From IMG/VR virus record IMGVR_UViG_2778261299_000011: a stretch of DNA of 42,122 bases. The stretch is one strand, 5' to 3'. Numbering within the stretch: the stretch's first letter is position 1; each line of letters starts with the position of its first letter. Under the pieces are notes generated by a model. The model was not told the DNA's origin. It did no database searches and worked only from the letters and a program-made list of their open reading frames with translations. Positions 16,506 to 25,972 of the stretch are shown here, one piece after another. A program made the position numbers and the translations under genes. Source of the stretch: a virus (taxonomy: Duplodnaviria; Heunggongvirae; Uroviricota; Caudoviricetes).

Positions 16506-16965
16506 TCAACGTAAGGCGTTCCTCGATATGCTGGCGTGGTCGGAGGGAACTGATAACGGACGGCAGAAAACCAGAAATCATGGTTATGACGTCATTGTAG
16601 GCGGAGAGCTATTCACTGATTACTCTGATCACCCTCGCAAACTTGTCACGCTAAACCTCAAACTCAAATCAACAGCAGCCGGTCGCTACCAGCTTCTTTC
16701 ACGCTGGTGGGATGCCTACCGCAAGCAACTTGGCCTGAAAGATTTTTCTCCAGAAAGCCAGGATGCTGTAGCGCTGCAGCAGATTAAAGAGCGTGGCGCT
16801 TTACCGATGATTGACCGCGGCGATATTCGTCAGGCAATCGACCGTTGCAGCAATATCTGGGCTTCGTTGCCGGGGGCTGGTTACGGTCAGTATGAACATA
16901 GAATCGGTGACCTGATTGCCCGATTTAAAGAAGCGGGTGGGGTGGTAAATGAAGCTGAGATATAA
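16489..16965 (+). CDS. R: Endolysin R (lambda lytic transglycosylase), 158 aa
   Basis: [56 protein letters not shown]... matches lambda R. Confidence 0.95.
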   Translation: MVEINNQRKAFLDMLAWSEGTDNGRQKTRNHGYDVIVGGELFTDYSDHPRKLVTLNLKLKSTAAGRYQLLSRWWDAYRKQLGLKDFSPESQDAVALQQIKERGALPMIDRGDIRQAIDRCSNIWASLPGAGYGQYEHRIGDLIARFKEAGGVVNEAEI

Positions 16966-17341
16966 GCTGGTTATTGTTGCCTTCTTTGTTACCGTCATCG
17001 GTTCTTTTATCTGGTCTGCCGGGCATTACTACAGCAAATATCAGCACGAAAAGGAGCGTGCTGATGAGGCTGTACGAAATGCTGAATCTGCAACAGCCAT
17101 TACCAGTAACGTCCTGCAATCTCTGCAAATCATCAATACAGTTATAGAGGCTAACCAGCATGCAAAACAGCAGATCGCACTGGAGTCACAGAGAACCCAG
17201 GAAGATATCAAAGTGGCTGTTTCGGGTGATGATTGCGCTGTTCGTATCGTTCCTTCTGGCGCAGTTAAGCGGTTGCACGAATACGCGAACGGTATACGTG
17301 TCGGTGCCGGTCGTTCCGTTACCAGCCAGTCTGACGGATGA
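16949..17341 (+). CDS. Rz: i-spanin Rz (non-lambda allele), 130 aa
   Basis: N-terminal TM (LVIVAFFVTVIGSFIW), then a coiled-coil periplasmic domain. Located directly after R. Confidence 0.85.
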   Translation: MKLRYKLVIVAFFVTVIGSFIWSAGHYYSKYQHEKERADEAVRNAESATAITSNVLQSLQIINTVIEANQHAKQQIALESQRTQEDIKVAVSGDDCAVRIVPSGAVKRLHEYANGIRVGAGRSVTSQSDG

Positions 17342-17504
17342 AACACCCCAGCCAGATTTACCCGACCCGTTTACGTGGGGAGCTAGCCTTAACCTGAATG
17401 TTGCGTTGTTGTCAGCGTTAGCACAGTGCAACAGGGATAAGGCTGATATCAGGGCTTTTGAGAAAAACAGGGCAGCACAAACCAATGGCACGATTAAACG
17501 TTAA
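17229..17504 (+). CDS. Rz1: o-spanin Rz1 lipoprotein (overlapped architecture), 91 aa
   Basis: A +1-frame ORF inside Rz starts MIALFVSFLLAQLSGC (lipobox LSGC) and is proline-rich afterwards. It extends 163 nt beyond the Rz stop. Confidence 0.7.
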   Translation: MIALFVSFLLAQLSGCTNTRTVYVSVPVVPLPASLTDETPQPDLPDPFTWGASLNLNVALLSALAQCNRDKADIRAFEKNRAAQTNGTIKR

Positions 17505-17670
17505 AGTTATCCCACCAGACAGCGAAACGATGAACGGGATTTTTGCAGAGATTGAACGTAAATATGCGCATCAGCCGATGACGCCAAAAGTTATCGATGA
17601 AATGCAACGCGAAGCGGCGCGCCTTGTACGGCGAGCGACAAACACGAAGGTTACGTTCGTTCGGGACTGA
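17485..17670 (+). CDS. Hypothetical 61-aa protein
   Basis: ATG 17485 gives MARLNVKVIPPDSETMNGIFAEIERKYAHQPMTPKVIDEMQREAARLV... No motif recognised. It overlaps the Rz1 end. Confidence 0.4.
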   Translation: MARLNVKVIPPDSETMNGIFAEIERKYAHQPMTPKVIDEMQREAARLVRRATNTKVTFVRD

Positions 17671-17802
17671 CATTACAGAAGCTCCTTTGATAAGGGGCTT
17701 CGATAATGTCACTAAGAGGAAAAATTCATGGCAAAACCGGACTGGGAGGCCATCGAAACGGCGTACCAGTGGCGGGTGAAGTATAGGGCATCTATTTATT
17801 CA

Positions 17803-18351
17803 TCATTTGAAAAAAGAGTTGTCCGGATAGGTTTCAATAACGGTTATGTTTGAAAGACGCGAGGGGTTAACCGTGAACTCATTTTCACCAAGATAACGAC
17901 TGTGGGCATTGGGGCCAGCTAATATAGAACAGGCTGGAGCTTCAGCTCTTAACAGCAAACCTGGTGATTTGTATGCATTCAATCCACGACCAAACTTCTC
18001 GGCGACTGAAATGTCCGTTGTCCAGCAAAATCCAATGAGTCCTTTATCGAACCTGTCTTTATTTTCCCCCCGATAAAGTACAAGGCTGTCACCATCATAT
18101 GTTGGCAATAAGAGCGTTAATAGTTTGAGGAGAATTGAGTCGTCGTTGATCTTTTCACGTATAAAGGCCCCAGACTCAACCCATTGACTATGGAATGAAT
18201 TTTTCATGGCAATTGATACTGGCTTTGCGTTATCGATGCTTTTGATAAACTCAACCCATCTGTTCCGACTGTGAATGTAATCAAGAAATTTCCTCTCATC
18301 GGACACCTTCGATTGAGGGCGGTTATAAGCTGCGAAATCTTCTAACTTCAT
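17803..18351 (-). CDS. Moron protein with ADP-ribosyltransferase-like R-[ST][ST]-ExE signature, 182 aa
   Basis: ATG at 18351 is preceded by GAGGAAATT. Ordered motifs are LVLYRGEN, GFCWTTDIS and YLGENEFTVNP. It lies on the opposite strand to the flanking late genes and has lower GC (25/60 at 18061-18120). Confidence 0.6.
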   Translation of the reverse strand: MKLEDFAAYNRPQSKVSDERKFLDYIHSRNRWVEFIKSIDNAKPVSIAMKNSFHSQWVESGAFIREKINDDSILLKLLTLLLPTYDGDSLVLYRGENKDRFDKGLIGFCWTTDISVAEKFGRGLNAYKSPGLLLRAEAPACSILAGPNAHSRYLGENEFTVNPSRLSNITVIETYPDNSFFK

Positions 18352-18370
18352 AATTTCCTCAGGTATATCA

Positions 18371-18922
18371 ATGGCACTCACCGACAAGCAAGAAATGTTC
18401 TGTCGCGAGTACCTCATCGATTTAAACGCCACGCAAGCGGCTATTCGGGCGGGGTACAGCGCAAAGACAGCTAACCGTACCGCATCCGAAAACCTGTCAA
18501 AACCTGACATACAATTCAGAATCGCTGAACTGAAAGCGCAACGCAATGATCTTGTTGGTATTAATGCAGAATATGTACTTAATCGCCTTATTGAAATCGA
18601 CCAGATGGATGTGCTCGACATTCTCCTGCAAAACGGTGAGCTAAAGCCCATTAAAGACTGGCCTAAGGTATGGCGCACAACGCTATCAGGAATGGATGTC
18701 GTGGAGATGGTATCCGCAGATAGCGCCGCACTTCTGAAGAAAATCAAATGGCCTGATAAGGTTAAAAACCTTGAGTTGCTTGGGCGTCATGTTTCTGTTC
18801 AGGCGTTTAAAGACAACGTCAAAAATGAAGTGACTGGCGCTGATGGAGGACCAGTCAGAACAGAAATTACCAACTTAACGCCGGAGCAGGCTGCAGAGGC
18901 GTATAGAAAAATGATGGGCTAA
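18371..18922 (+). CDS. Terminase small subunit (P27/Terminase_2-type), 183 aa
   Basis: [52 protein letters not shown] is the hallmark N-terminus of this small-terminase family. Located directly upstream of terL. Confidence 0.85.
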   Translation: MALTDKQEMFCREYLIDLNATQAAIRAGYSAKTANRTASENLSKPDIQFRIAELKAQRNDLVGINAEYVLNRLIEIDQMDVLDILLQNGELKPIKDWPKVWRTTLSGMDVVEMVSADSAALLKKIKWPDKVKNLELLGRHVSVQAFKDNVKNEVTGADGGPVRTEITNLTPEQAAEAYRKMMG

Positions 18923-18924
18923 GT

Positions 18925-20547
18925 ATGCCGTTACCATTCCCCTTCGATTTTAAACATCCTGATTACCAGATGGTTTTTGAATGGCGGATGGAACGCCTAC
19001 AGCGCATTCGCCAGAATCCTGAAATATTGCCCGTATTGAAGCAGTTTTACCGAACCAATCCGGCTCAGTTCATCATCGACTGGGGCATGACAACGGACCC
19101 GCGTAATATTGATTATGGCCTGCCGGTGACCATTCCGTTTTTACTCTTCCCTAAGCAGGAGGAGTGGATCCACTGGATTATGGAACGCTGGGGCAATCGG
19201 GAGAATGGTATTACCGAAAAATCCCGTGAAATGGGGCTCAGTTGGACCGCGATCGGACTGGCCTGCTCGCTTTGTCTCTTCAACAAAGAAATGGTTATCG
19301 GTTTCGGCTCCCGTAAAGAGGAATACGTCGACAGCACTGGTGACCCGAAAGCATTGTTCTGGAAGGCACGCAAGTTCGTGGAAACGCTACCTGTAGAGTT
19401 TCGCGGTTCGTGGAGTGAGAAGAAGCACGCGCCATATATGCGTGTTGAGTTTCCTGAAACTGGTGCCGTTATCAAAGGCGAGGCTGGCGATAATATTGGT
19501 CGTGGTGACCGTACCACGCTTTATCTGGTTGATGAGGCTGCATTCCTTCAGCGTCCTCTGCTGATTGATGCGGCGTTGTCACAAACGACGCGTTGCCGTA
19601 TCGACCTGAGTTCAGTTAACGGCATGGCTAACCCGTTCGCTCAGAAGCGTCATGGCGGGAAGATACCGGTATTCACATTCCACTGGCGGGATGATCCTCG
19701 CAAGGATGAAGAGTGGTATCGCAGGGAATGCGAGAAAATCGATAATCCGGTGGTGGTGGCACAGGAACTTGATCTGAACTACAGCGCATCAGCGGAAGGC
19801 GTTCTGATTCCATCCGAATGGGTACAGGCTGCCGTTGATGCGCATATCAAACTGGGTATCCAGCCAACAGGCAAACGACTTGGCGCGATGGATGTCGCCG
19901 ACGAAGGCAGGGACAAAAATGCCTTTTCCACCCGTCATGGCTTCCTCCTGGAAAATGTGCGGGAATGGTCCGGTGTGGGCAGCGACATTTATCAGTCCGT
20001 CGAGAAGGTTTTCGGCTTTTGCGAACAGGACAACCTCGAAGAGTTTCGCTTTGACGAGGACGGGCTGGGCGCTGGCGTTCGCGGCGATGCACGCGCTATC
20101 AACGAACTGCGTAACGCTGCGCGTCGACCGTCAATACTTGCCACACCGTTTCGAGGTAGTGGCGCGGTATTTGATCCGGATGATGAAGCTGTTCGCGGGG
20201 ACAACGGGCAAGCCGCACGTCTGAACAAGGACTTCTTCGCTAACGCCAAAGCCCAGAGCTGGTGGCGGTTACGTAAACTTTTTCAGAATACCTGGCGCGC
20301 CGTGGTTGAAGGTATGGCTTACAACCCGGACGAAATCATCTCAATCAGCAGTAGCATGGCACTCAAAGATAAACTCATCATCGAGCTTTCGCAGCCGACC
20401 TATTCCATTAATGGTGTGGGAAAAATCGTTATTGATAAACAGCCTGATGGAACCCGATCGCCAAACCTTGCCGACTCGGTGATGATCAACTATGCCCCAA
20501 TGAATTCAGCCCTGAACATCTGGGAACTGCTAGGGAGACAGGCCTGA
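18925..20547 (+). CDS. Terminase large subunit, 540 aa
   Basis: Size and position fit. A Walker-like region (GFGSRKEE...), the [10 protein letters not shown] Walker B-like motif and a C-terminal nuclease-type region are present. Confidence 0.9.
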   Translation: MPLPFPFDFKHPDYQMVFEWRMERLQRIRQNPEILPVLKQFYRTNPAQFIIDWGMTTDPRNIDYGLPVTIPFLLFPKQEEWIHWIMERWGNRENGITEKSREMGLSWTAIGLACSLCLFNKEMVIGFGSRKEEYVDSTGDPKALFWKARKFVETLPVEFRGSWSEKKHAPYMRVEFPETGAVIKGEAGDNIGRGDRTTLYLVDEAAFLQRPLLIDAALSQTTRCRIDLSSVNGMANPFAQKRHGGKIPVFTFHWRDDPRKDEEWYRRECEKIDNPVVVAQELDLNYSASAEGVLIPSEWVQAAVDAHIKLGIQPTGKRLGAMDVADEGRDKNAFSTRHGFLLENVREWSGVGSDIYQSVEKVFGFCEQDNLEEFRFDEDGLGAGVRGDARAINELRNAARRPSILATPFRGSGAVFDPDDEAVRGDNGQAARLNKDFFANAKAQSWWRLRKLFQNTWRAVVEGMAYNPDEIISISSSMALKDKLIIELSQPTYSINGVGKIVIDKQPDGTRSPNLADSVMINYAPMNSALNIWELLGRQA

Positions 20548-22016
20548 TGGCACGAAACAAACAAGCCCTGCGGCGAACTGCGCAGGCCACAGCTGATGGT
20601 TATGAGAATTTTATTGCCCGCGTAGGGATACAGACGCCTAACCAGCACTCAGCATCGACCTACCGGGCTAACTTCACCAGCCGCAACCGCATGCTGGTGG
20701 AATGGTCCTATCGTTCGTCCTGGATCATCGGCGAAGCGGTCGACGCTATCCCGGACGATATGACCCGGAAAGGCATTCGCATCACTTCGGAGATTGACGC
20801 CAAAGACCGTGGCACCCTGGAAGCGCAGCTGGATGAGTTGCAGATCTGGGATGCGCTGAACGACGTGCTGAAATGGTCGCGCCTCTACGGCGGCGCGGTC
20901 GGCTTCATCATGATCGAGGGGCAGGCACCAATGACCCCGCTGCGGCTCGAAACCATTGGAGAAGGCAAGTTTAAGGGCATTCTCCCGCTCGACCGCTGGA
21001 TGATTAACCCGGTCCTGACCCGCCGCATTAAAGAGATGGGGCCGGATCTCGGCAAACCTGAGTTTTACGACGTGGTGACCACTGCCACGGGCATTCCAGC
21101 CTGGCGCATCCATCACAGCCGCCTGATTCGCTTCGACGGGGTGACGCTGCCATTCCAGCAGAAGATGACCGAAAACGAATGGGGAATGTCGGTTGTAGAG
21201 CGTATCTGGGATCGGCTTACTGCGTTCGACAGCGCCACTGTCGGCGCGGCGCAGCTGGTCTACAAAGCGCATTTGCGTACCTACAGCGTGGAGAAGCTAC
21301 GCGAGCTTATCGCACTTGGTGGTCCTGCGTATGAAGCGTTGCTGAAGAATATCGACCTGATTCGACAGTTCCAGAGCAATGAAGGCATGACGCTCATGGA
21401 CTCGCGGGATAAGTTTGAAACGCATCAGTACAGCTTCAGTGGTCTGGATGACATCCTATCGCAGTTTGCAGAACAGATTAGTGGCGCTGTTGGTATTCCA
21501 CTGGTGCGGTTGTTCGGACAGTCCCCGAAAGGATTTTCTACCGGTGATGCAGATCTTGCCAACTATTACGACCGGGTGAGCTCATTGCAGGAGCGCCGCT
21601 TACGGCTGCCGATGCGCCGGATACTGGACATTATGCACCGCTCGGAACTCGGTAAGCCACTGCCGGACGATTTCACGTTTGAGTTTAACCCGCTATGGCA
21701 AATGTCTGACGTTGACCGCTCAACGGTGGCCGTAAATACCACCAACGCGATCAGCACCGCGCTGGGCGACGGATTGATGACGCGTAAGGCGGCAATGACC
21801 GACCTGCGCGAAAACTCTGACGTCACCGGCATCGGGGCATCCATTACCGACGAGGACATAGAGAATGCCGAAGACGAAGCGCCGCCAGGCATCGGCGAAC
21901 TTGGCGACAACCCGCCAGAGTCGCCAGGCGGAGATCCGATATCGAACGAGCCTACGGCAGATAGCGCGGGCGGTCGGGGATATCGTAAATGGGCGCTACG
22001 ATGGTTCAAACGATAG
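20547..22016 (+). CDS. Portal protein (DUF1073-type, from memory), 489 aa
   Basis: Follows terL with an ATGA overlap. Size and an acidic, Pro-rich C-terminus are typical of portals. Confidence 0.8.
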   Translation: MARNKQALRRTAQATADGYENFIARVGIQTPNQHSASTYRANFTSRNRMLVEWSYRSSWIIGEAVDAIPDDMTRKGIRITSEIDAKDRGTLEAQLDELQIWDALNDVLKWSRLYGGAVGFIMIEGQAPMTPLRLETIGEGKFKGILPLDRWMINPVLTRRIKEMGPDLGKPEFYDVVTTATGIPAWRIHHSRLIRFDGVTLPFQQKMTENEWGMSVVERIWDRLTAFDSATVGAAQLVYKAHLRTYSVEKLRELIALGGPAYEALLKNIDLIRQFQSNEGMTLMDSRDKFETHQYSFSGLDDILSQFAEQISGAVGIPLVRLFGQSPKGFSTGDADLANYYDRVSSLQERRLRLPMRRILDIMHRSELGKPLPDDFTFEFNPLWQMSDVDRSTVAVNTTNAISTALGDGLMTRKAAMTDLRENSDVTGIGASITDEDIENAEDEAPPGIGELGDNPPESPGGDPISNEPTADSAGGRGYRKWALRWFKR

Positions 22017-22638
22017 CGTCACCGAAATCATGGATGCGCTGGAGCGCTACAGCGAAATCATCACCCCCTGGGCGACGAAGGTTGCTGAGAACTTTACCGC
22101 CGACATTGCGCGCCAGAATGAAAAGCAGTGGCGTCAGCACAGCCGGAACATCAGTGCAGAGCTGCGCAACATGGTTGACCGCGCCCCGGTAGGCCAGGTG
22201 ATGAAATCCATCGTTGCCGAGCAGATTAAGTACATCAAATCGCTACCTCTTGAGGCCGCCGATCGGGTGTATGACATTCAGAACAAAGCCATCGAGGCCG
22301 TTGTGACTGGTGGCCGCGCTGAGCCATTCGCGAAAGAGATAGCTGCGTCCGGTGACGTGTCACGCTCACGAGCGAACCTTATCGCCCGTACCGAGCTTGG
22401 ACGCGCAACCGGCGCGCTCGATCAGGCGCGTGCGCTGTCAATCGGCTCGAATGGTTATATCTGGCGTACAGCCGAAGATGGCGACGTCCGGCATTCTCAT
22501 CGGGAGATGGAAGGTAAGTTTGTCGAATGGGGCCGACCTCCAACGCTTGACGGTATGACCGGTCACGCTGGTGAGCTGCCGAACTGCCGCTGTTACAAAG
22601 AAATCGTCTTCCCCAACCCTCATTCTTATCTCGCCTGA
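21865..22638 (+). CDS. Head morphogenesis protein (Mu F / SPP1 gp7 family), 257 aa
   Basis: The C-terminal region ...ARTE.GRA...WRTAEDGDVRHSHREMEGKFVEW...PNCRCY is the Mu F-like signature. ATG 21865 has a GAGGA SD and overlaps the portal 3' end by 152 nt. Confidence 0.75.
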   Translation: MPKTKRRQASANLATTRQSRQAEIRYRTSLRQIARAVGDIVNGRYDGSNDSVTEIMDALERYSEIITPWATKVAENFTADIARQNEKQWRQHSRNISAELRNMVDRAPVGQVMKSIVAEQIKYIKSLPLEAADRVYDIQNKAIEAVVTGGRAEPFAKEIAASGDVSRSRANLIARTELGRATGALDQARALSIGSNGYIWRTAEDGDVRHSHREMEGKFVEWGRPPTLDGMTGHAGELPNCRCYKEIVFPNPHSYLA

Positions 22639-22652
22639 ATCGCAGGTAAACC

Positions 22653-23873
22653 ATGAAATATTTTTTCAATACCCGGCTGGGGGAAACCCGCTATCAGCTG
22701 GCTGACGGCTCGCTGCTGTGCAAAGACGTGCCGATAGGTCGAACGGGTAAGCAGCTCTACGGCGCTGCCGATCTGCCAAACCTCAAACCCGACAAGCTCG
22801 GTGAGATAGTCGTAACGCGTTCTCCTGAGCAGGTATTCCATCCGGCCACGCTCGCCTCATTCGAAGGGATGAGCATCACGATCCTGCATCCTGAAGATGA
22901 AAACGGGAATGTGCGGCTGGTAAATCCCGAGAACTGGAAAGAGCTTGCTGTCGGGCATCTTCAGAATGTGCGGCGCGGGACGGGTGAGCTGTCTGATTTG
23001 ATGCTGGCTGACCTTATCGTCAAAGACGAAAGCGCCATTCAGCTTATCGAAGATGGCCTGCGTGAAGTGTCGTGTGGCTATGACGCGGAGTACGAGCAGA
23101 CCGAGCCAGGTAAAGCCGAGCAGGTCGATATTACCGGAAACCATGTGGCTCTTGTCCCTAAAGGCAGAGCCGGAAATCGTTGTGCAATTGGAGACAGAGA
23201 CACAATGGCAAATCAAAAGAAAAGCTGGTGGACCCGCATGCGCACGGCCATCAAAACGGGTGACGCTGATACCATGAACGAACTGGTGGAGTCGGCTCCC
23301 GCATCGGTTACAGGAGATGAGGGGGATTTGCCGCAGGGCGTTAATCTCAACATCAACCTGTCCCCGCAGCAACCGCTACCGGACAAAGCACCAGAGATGG
23401 GCGGAGGTCCAACCGGCGACAGTGATGATGACCTCAAAACATTACTGAAAGCCCTGCTGGCTAAGCTGGAAGGAAATACCACGGGCGATAACGATAATAA
23501 ACCTGACGCTAATCCGACCGGTGACGGCGAGGACGATGAAGAGGAAACCACGATTACTGGTGACTCAGCCTGGCGTGCCGAAGTTATCGTTCCGGGTATC
23601 GATCTGAGCCGTAAGATGAAACCGACCGCGTTCAAACGCGAGGTTCTGGCTTCCGCTGACAAAACGCTGGTTCGCCAGATAGTCGGTGATGCGGATATCC
23701 GCAAATTACCGAAACAATCGGTCGACATGGCGTTTAATGCCGTGTCTGAGATTGCCAAAGGGCAAAACACCCGCGCCACCACCGGCGATGCACAGCGCCC
23801 AAACATGGGCATGACCAGTATCGCTTCCCTGAACAAACAAAACGCTGAATTCTGGGCAAACCGTAAAGGGTAA
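22653..23873 (+). CDS. Scaffold / prohead-protease-like protein (DUF2213-type, from memory), 406 aa
   Basis: Lies between the MuF-like and capsid genes. It has a conserved-looking N-domain (…SFEGMSITILHPED…SCGYDAEY…) and an acidic low-complexity C-terminal half typical of scaffolds. Confidence 0.6.
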   Translation: MKYFFNTRLGETRYQLADGSLLCKDVPIGRTGKQLYGAADLPNLKPDKLGEIVVTRSPEQVFHPATLASFEGMSITILHPEDENGNVRLVNPENWKELAVGHLQNVRRGTGELSDLMLADLIVKDESAIQLIEDGLREVSCGYDAEYEQTEPGKAEQVDITGNHVALVPKGRAGNRCAIGDRDTMANQKKSWWTRMRTAIKTGDADTMNELVESAPASVTGDEGDLPQGVNLNINLSPQQPLPDKAPEMGGGPTGDSDDDLKTLLKALLAKLEGNTTGDNDNKPDANPTGDGEDDEEETTITGDSAWRAEVIVPGIDLSRKMKPTAFKREVLASADKTLVRQIVGDADIRKLPKQSVDMAFNAVSEIAKGQNTRATTGDAQRPNMGMTSIASLNKQNAEFWANRKG

Positions 23874-23876
23874 AAA

Positions 23877-24383
23877 ATGAATAATGTATTTCTGTACCGG
23901 ATGCCTGTTGGCATTGCCGGGGCTGTTTCTCGCCCGCAGGACTTAACCGTCGAACCGGTGGTCCTTAAATCCGATAACGCCTTTGCTGCCTATGGCCTGG
24001 CTGGTAAATACGATGATGACGGTTTTTTCGTGCCGCTGGCAGATGGTGATACCGCAGACAAGGTGAAGGGGATCTACGTGCGCCCTTATCCGACCACTTC
24101 GCAGCCGGACATGGTTCGCCAGGTGGGGAGTGGCAAGAACTTCCCGGGCGACGCCATGAAGCGTGGCTACGTGACCGTTAATCTCGGTTCTGATTTTGAT
24201 GCCAGCACCATCAAAAAAGGCGACCCGGTATACGTTGTCGTCTCCACTGATGAATCCATCAAAGTGCCGCTGGGTGGATTCATGTCCACGTCAGTCAGTG
24301 GCAAAAACGTGGTGCTGACCAACGCTGAATTCACAGGTGCCGGTGATGCTAACGGCAATGCAGAAATTTCCTGGAAGATTTAA
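23877..24383 (+). CDS. Capsid-associated protein (decoration/cement-like), 168 aa
   Basis: Tightly packed immediately upstream of the major capsid gene. The call is positional. Confidence 0.45.
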   Translation: MNNVFLYRMPVGIAGAVSRPQDLTVEPVVLKSDNAFAAYGLAGKYDDDGFFVPLADGDTADKVKGIYVRPYPTTSQPDMVRQVGSGKNFPGDAMKRGYVTVNLGSDFDASTIKKGDPVYVVVSTDESIKVPLGGFMSTSVSGKNVVLTNAEFTGAGDANGNAEISWKI

Positions 24384-24394
24384 GGAACAGACGA

Positions 24395-25336
24395 ATGATT
24401 ACTTTTGATCAGGCAACCGTTGACAGCTCTGGTGCCTTTCTCATCGGGGAGCTGGAGCGACTCGACCAGACGCTGAACCTGCCACTGGTGGGGTACACCT
24501 GGACCCGCGATATTCAGTTGCGTGAAGATGTCTCTATCGCAGATGACATTTCCAGCTGGACGAATACCAGCTTCGCCGCTGCGGGTACTGGTGCAAATCC
24601 GAATGGCAAAAACTGGGTAGGCAAAGACTCAACCGCTATTGCTGGCGTAAACGTGGATATCGGCAAATCCGGTAACCCGCTGAACCTGTGGGGGATGGAA
24701 CTTGGCTGGACGGTCATAGAATTGCAGGCTGCTCAGCAGGTCGGACGCCCGATCGATACGCAGAAGTATGACGGGATGCAACTGAAATGGCAGATGGATA
24801 ACGATGAACAGGTGTATGTTGGCGATTCCGCATTAAACCTGAAAGGCCTTGTTACCCTGAACGGCGTGCCTGTCAACAACGCTGCCAAAACGTGGGCAAC
24901 CTCAACACCGGACGAAATCCGCGCAAGCATTAACCAGGTGCTGTCTGATGCGTGGGCCGCTTCCGGTTACTCTGTGGTTCCGCGTGATTTGCTGATCCCG
25001 CCTGAGCAGTTTGCTCTGTTGTCCAGCATCATCGTTTCATCTGCGGGTAACCAGTCCCTGTTGACGTACCTTCAGACCAACACCATCAGCTATCACCAGA
25101 ACGGTGTTCCGCTGAATATCCGCGCGGTTAAATGGCTGAAAGGCCGTGGTGTGGGGAATAAGGATCGCATGGTTGCGTACACCAACGATAAAAAATACGT
25201 CCGCTACCCGCTGGTTCCGCTTCAGAGCGTGCCGGTGCAGTATCGCGGTCTGTATCAGATCGTCACTTACTACGGCAAGCTGGGTGCAGTCGAGCCAGTG
25301 TACAAAGAAACCATTTCGTACGTTGATGGCATTTAA
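24395..25336 (+). CDS. Major capsid protein, 313 aa
   Basis: Position after the scaffold, size, and a strong stem-loop directly downstream. Family (DUF2184/P22-coat-like) is from memory only. Confidence 0.7.
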   Translation: MITFDQATVDSSGAFLIGELERLDQTLNLPLVGYTWTRDIQLREDVSIADDISSWTNTSFAAAGTGANPNGKNWVGKDSTAIAGVNVDIGKSGNPLNLWGMELGWTVIELQAAQQVGRPIDTQKYDGMQLKWQMDNDEQVYVGDSALNLKGLVTLNGVPVNNAAKTWATSTPDEIRASINQVLSDAWAASGYSVVPRDLLIPPEQFALLSSIIVSSAGNQSLLTYLQTNTISYHQNGVPLNIRAVKWLKGRGVGNKDRMVAYTNDKKYVRYPLVPLQSVPVQYRGLYQIVTYYGKLGAVEPVYKETISYVDGI

Positions 25337-25343
25337 CAGCCAT

Positions 25344-25364
25344 ATGGCCCCCTGGCGGGGCCAT
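25344..25364 (+). other. GC-rich stem-loop after the capsid gene (mRNA stabiliser/attenuator candidate)
   Basis: ATGGCCCC-CTGGC-GGGGCCAT forms a perfect 8-bp stem with no U-tract. Confidence 0.5.
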
Positions 25365-25377
25365 TAAGGATGACCCG

Positions 25378-25599
25378 ATGGCAAAAAATAATGCAGTAAT
25401 ACACGTACATACCCCGTTTGTGCTCACGCTTCCCGACGGTTCGCGGCGCGAGTTTGTTAAAGGCCGTCATGCTGTGGAGGAAGACGTTGCCACGCACTGG
25501 TTCACTCGTGCGCACGCGGAAGTATCCGTTGGCAAAGCCACAGACGCGCGTAACGAGGTAAAAAATGCCAAAGAATCAAAGTCTGCCAGCGGTAAGTGA
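25378..25599 (+). CDS. Hypothetical head-module protein, 73 aa
   Basis: ORF in operon register with a Lys-rich tail. No motif recognised. Confidence 0.4.
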   Translation: MAKNNAVIHVHTPFVLTLPDGSRREFVKGRHAVEEDVATHWFTRAHAEVSVGKATDARNEVKNAKESKSASGK

Positions 25600-25972
25600 T
25601 TTTCGCCGCGACTTCCCGCAGTTTGCTGACCCTGCCAAATATCCCGAAGCGCAAATCCAGTTTCGTCTGAATCTGGCCGATGAACTGCTGAGCGAAAACG
25701 TCACCGGAAAAAAGTTGTTTCCGTACTTTGCCGGGTTGTTCGTTGCGCACTACATGACGCTCTGGGCGGCAGACAGCCGGGCGATGCTGGCTGGTGGTCC
25801 GGGCGGTTCAACCAATGGTGTTCAGTCCTCAAAGTCCGTGGATAAGGTAAGCGTCAGTTATGACACCAGCGCGACGCTGAATCCTGATGCAGGTTTCTGG
25901 AATAACACCCGATATGGCGCTGAATTTTATCAGTTGATCACGATGTTCGGTGCAGGCGGTCGCCAGCTATGA
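25565..25972 (+). CDS. Head-tail connector/adaptor protein (DUF4054-like, from memory), 135 aa
   Basis: Operon position after the capsid gene, overlapping its neighbours. Confidence 0.5.
   Translation: MPKNQSLPAVSDFRRDFPQFADPAKYPEAQIQFRLNLADELLSENVTGKKLFPYFAGLFVAHYMTLWAADSRAMLAGGPGGSTNGVQSSKSVDKVSVSYDTSATLNPDAGFWNNTRYGAEFYQLITMFGAGGRQL

Noticed and set aside
17678-17701. 10-bp stem-loop GAAGCTCCTT-TGAT-AAGGGGCTTC after the 61-aa ORF, considered as a terminator
   Set aside because: There is no U-tract on either strand. It may be a processing or stability element or a pac-related structure, but I cannot support a call.
17803-18747. The 314-aa minus-strand track ORF taken as a single protein
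   Set aside because: Its first 132 codons are antisense to the well-supported small terminase gene and have low-complexity Ser/Arg composition. An SD-preceded ATG at 18351 gives a coherent 182-aa product.
20649-21272. 207-aa minus-strand ORF inside the portal gene, and similar ORFs at 23213-23914, 30117-30620, 38102-38599, 13202-13726, 11221-11810 and 6025-6549
   Set aside because: These are long antisense shadow ORFs in GC-rich coding DNA. They are Arg/Ser/Pro-rich, lack SD sequences, and lie opposite genes with strong family signatures.
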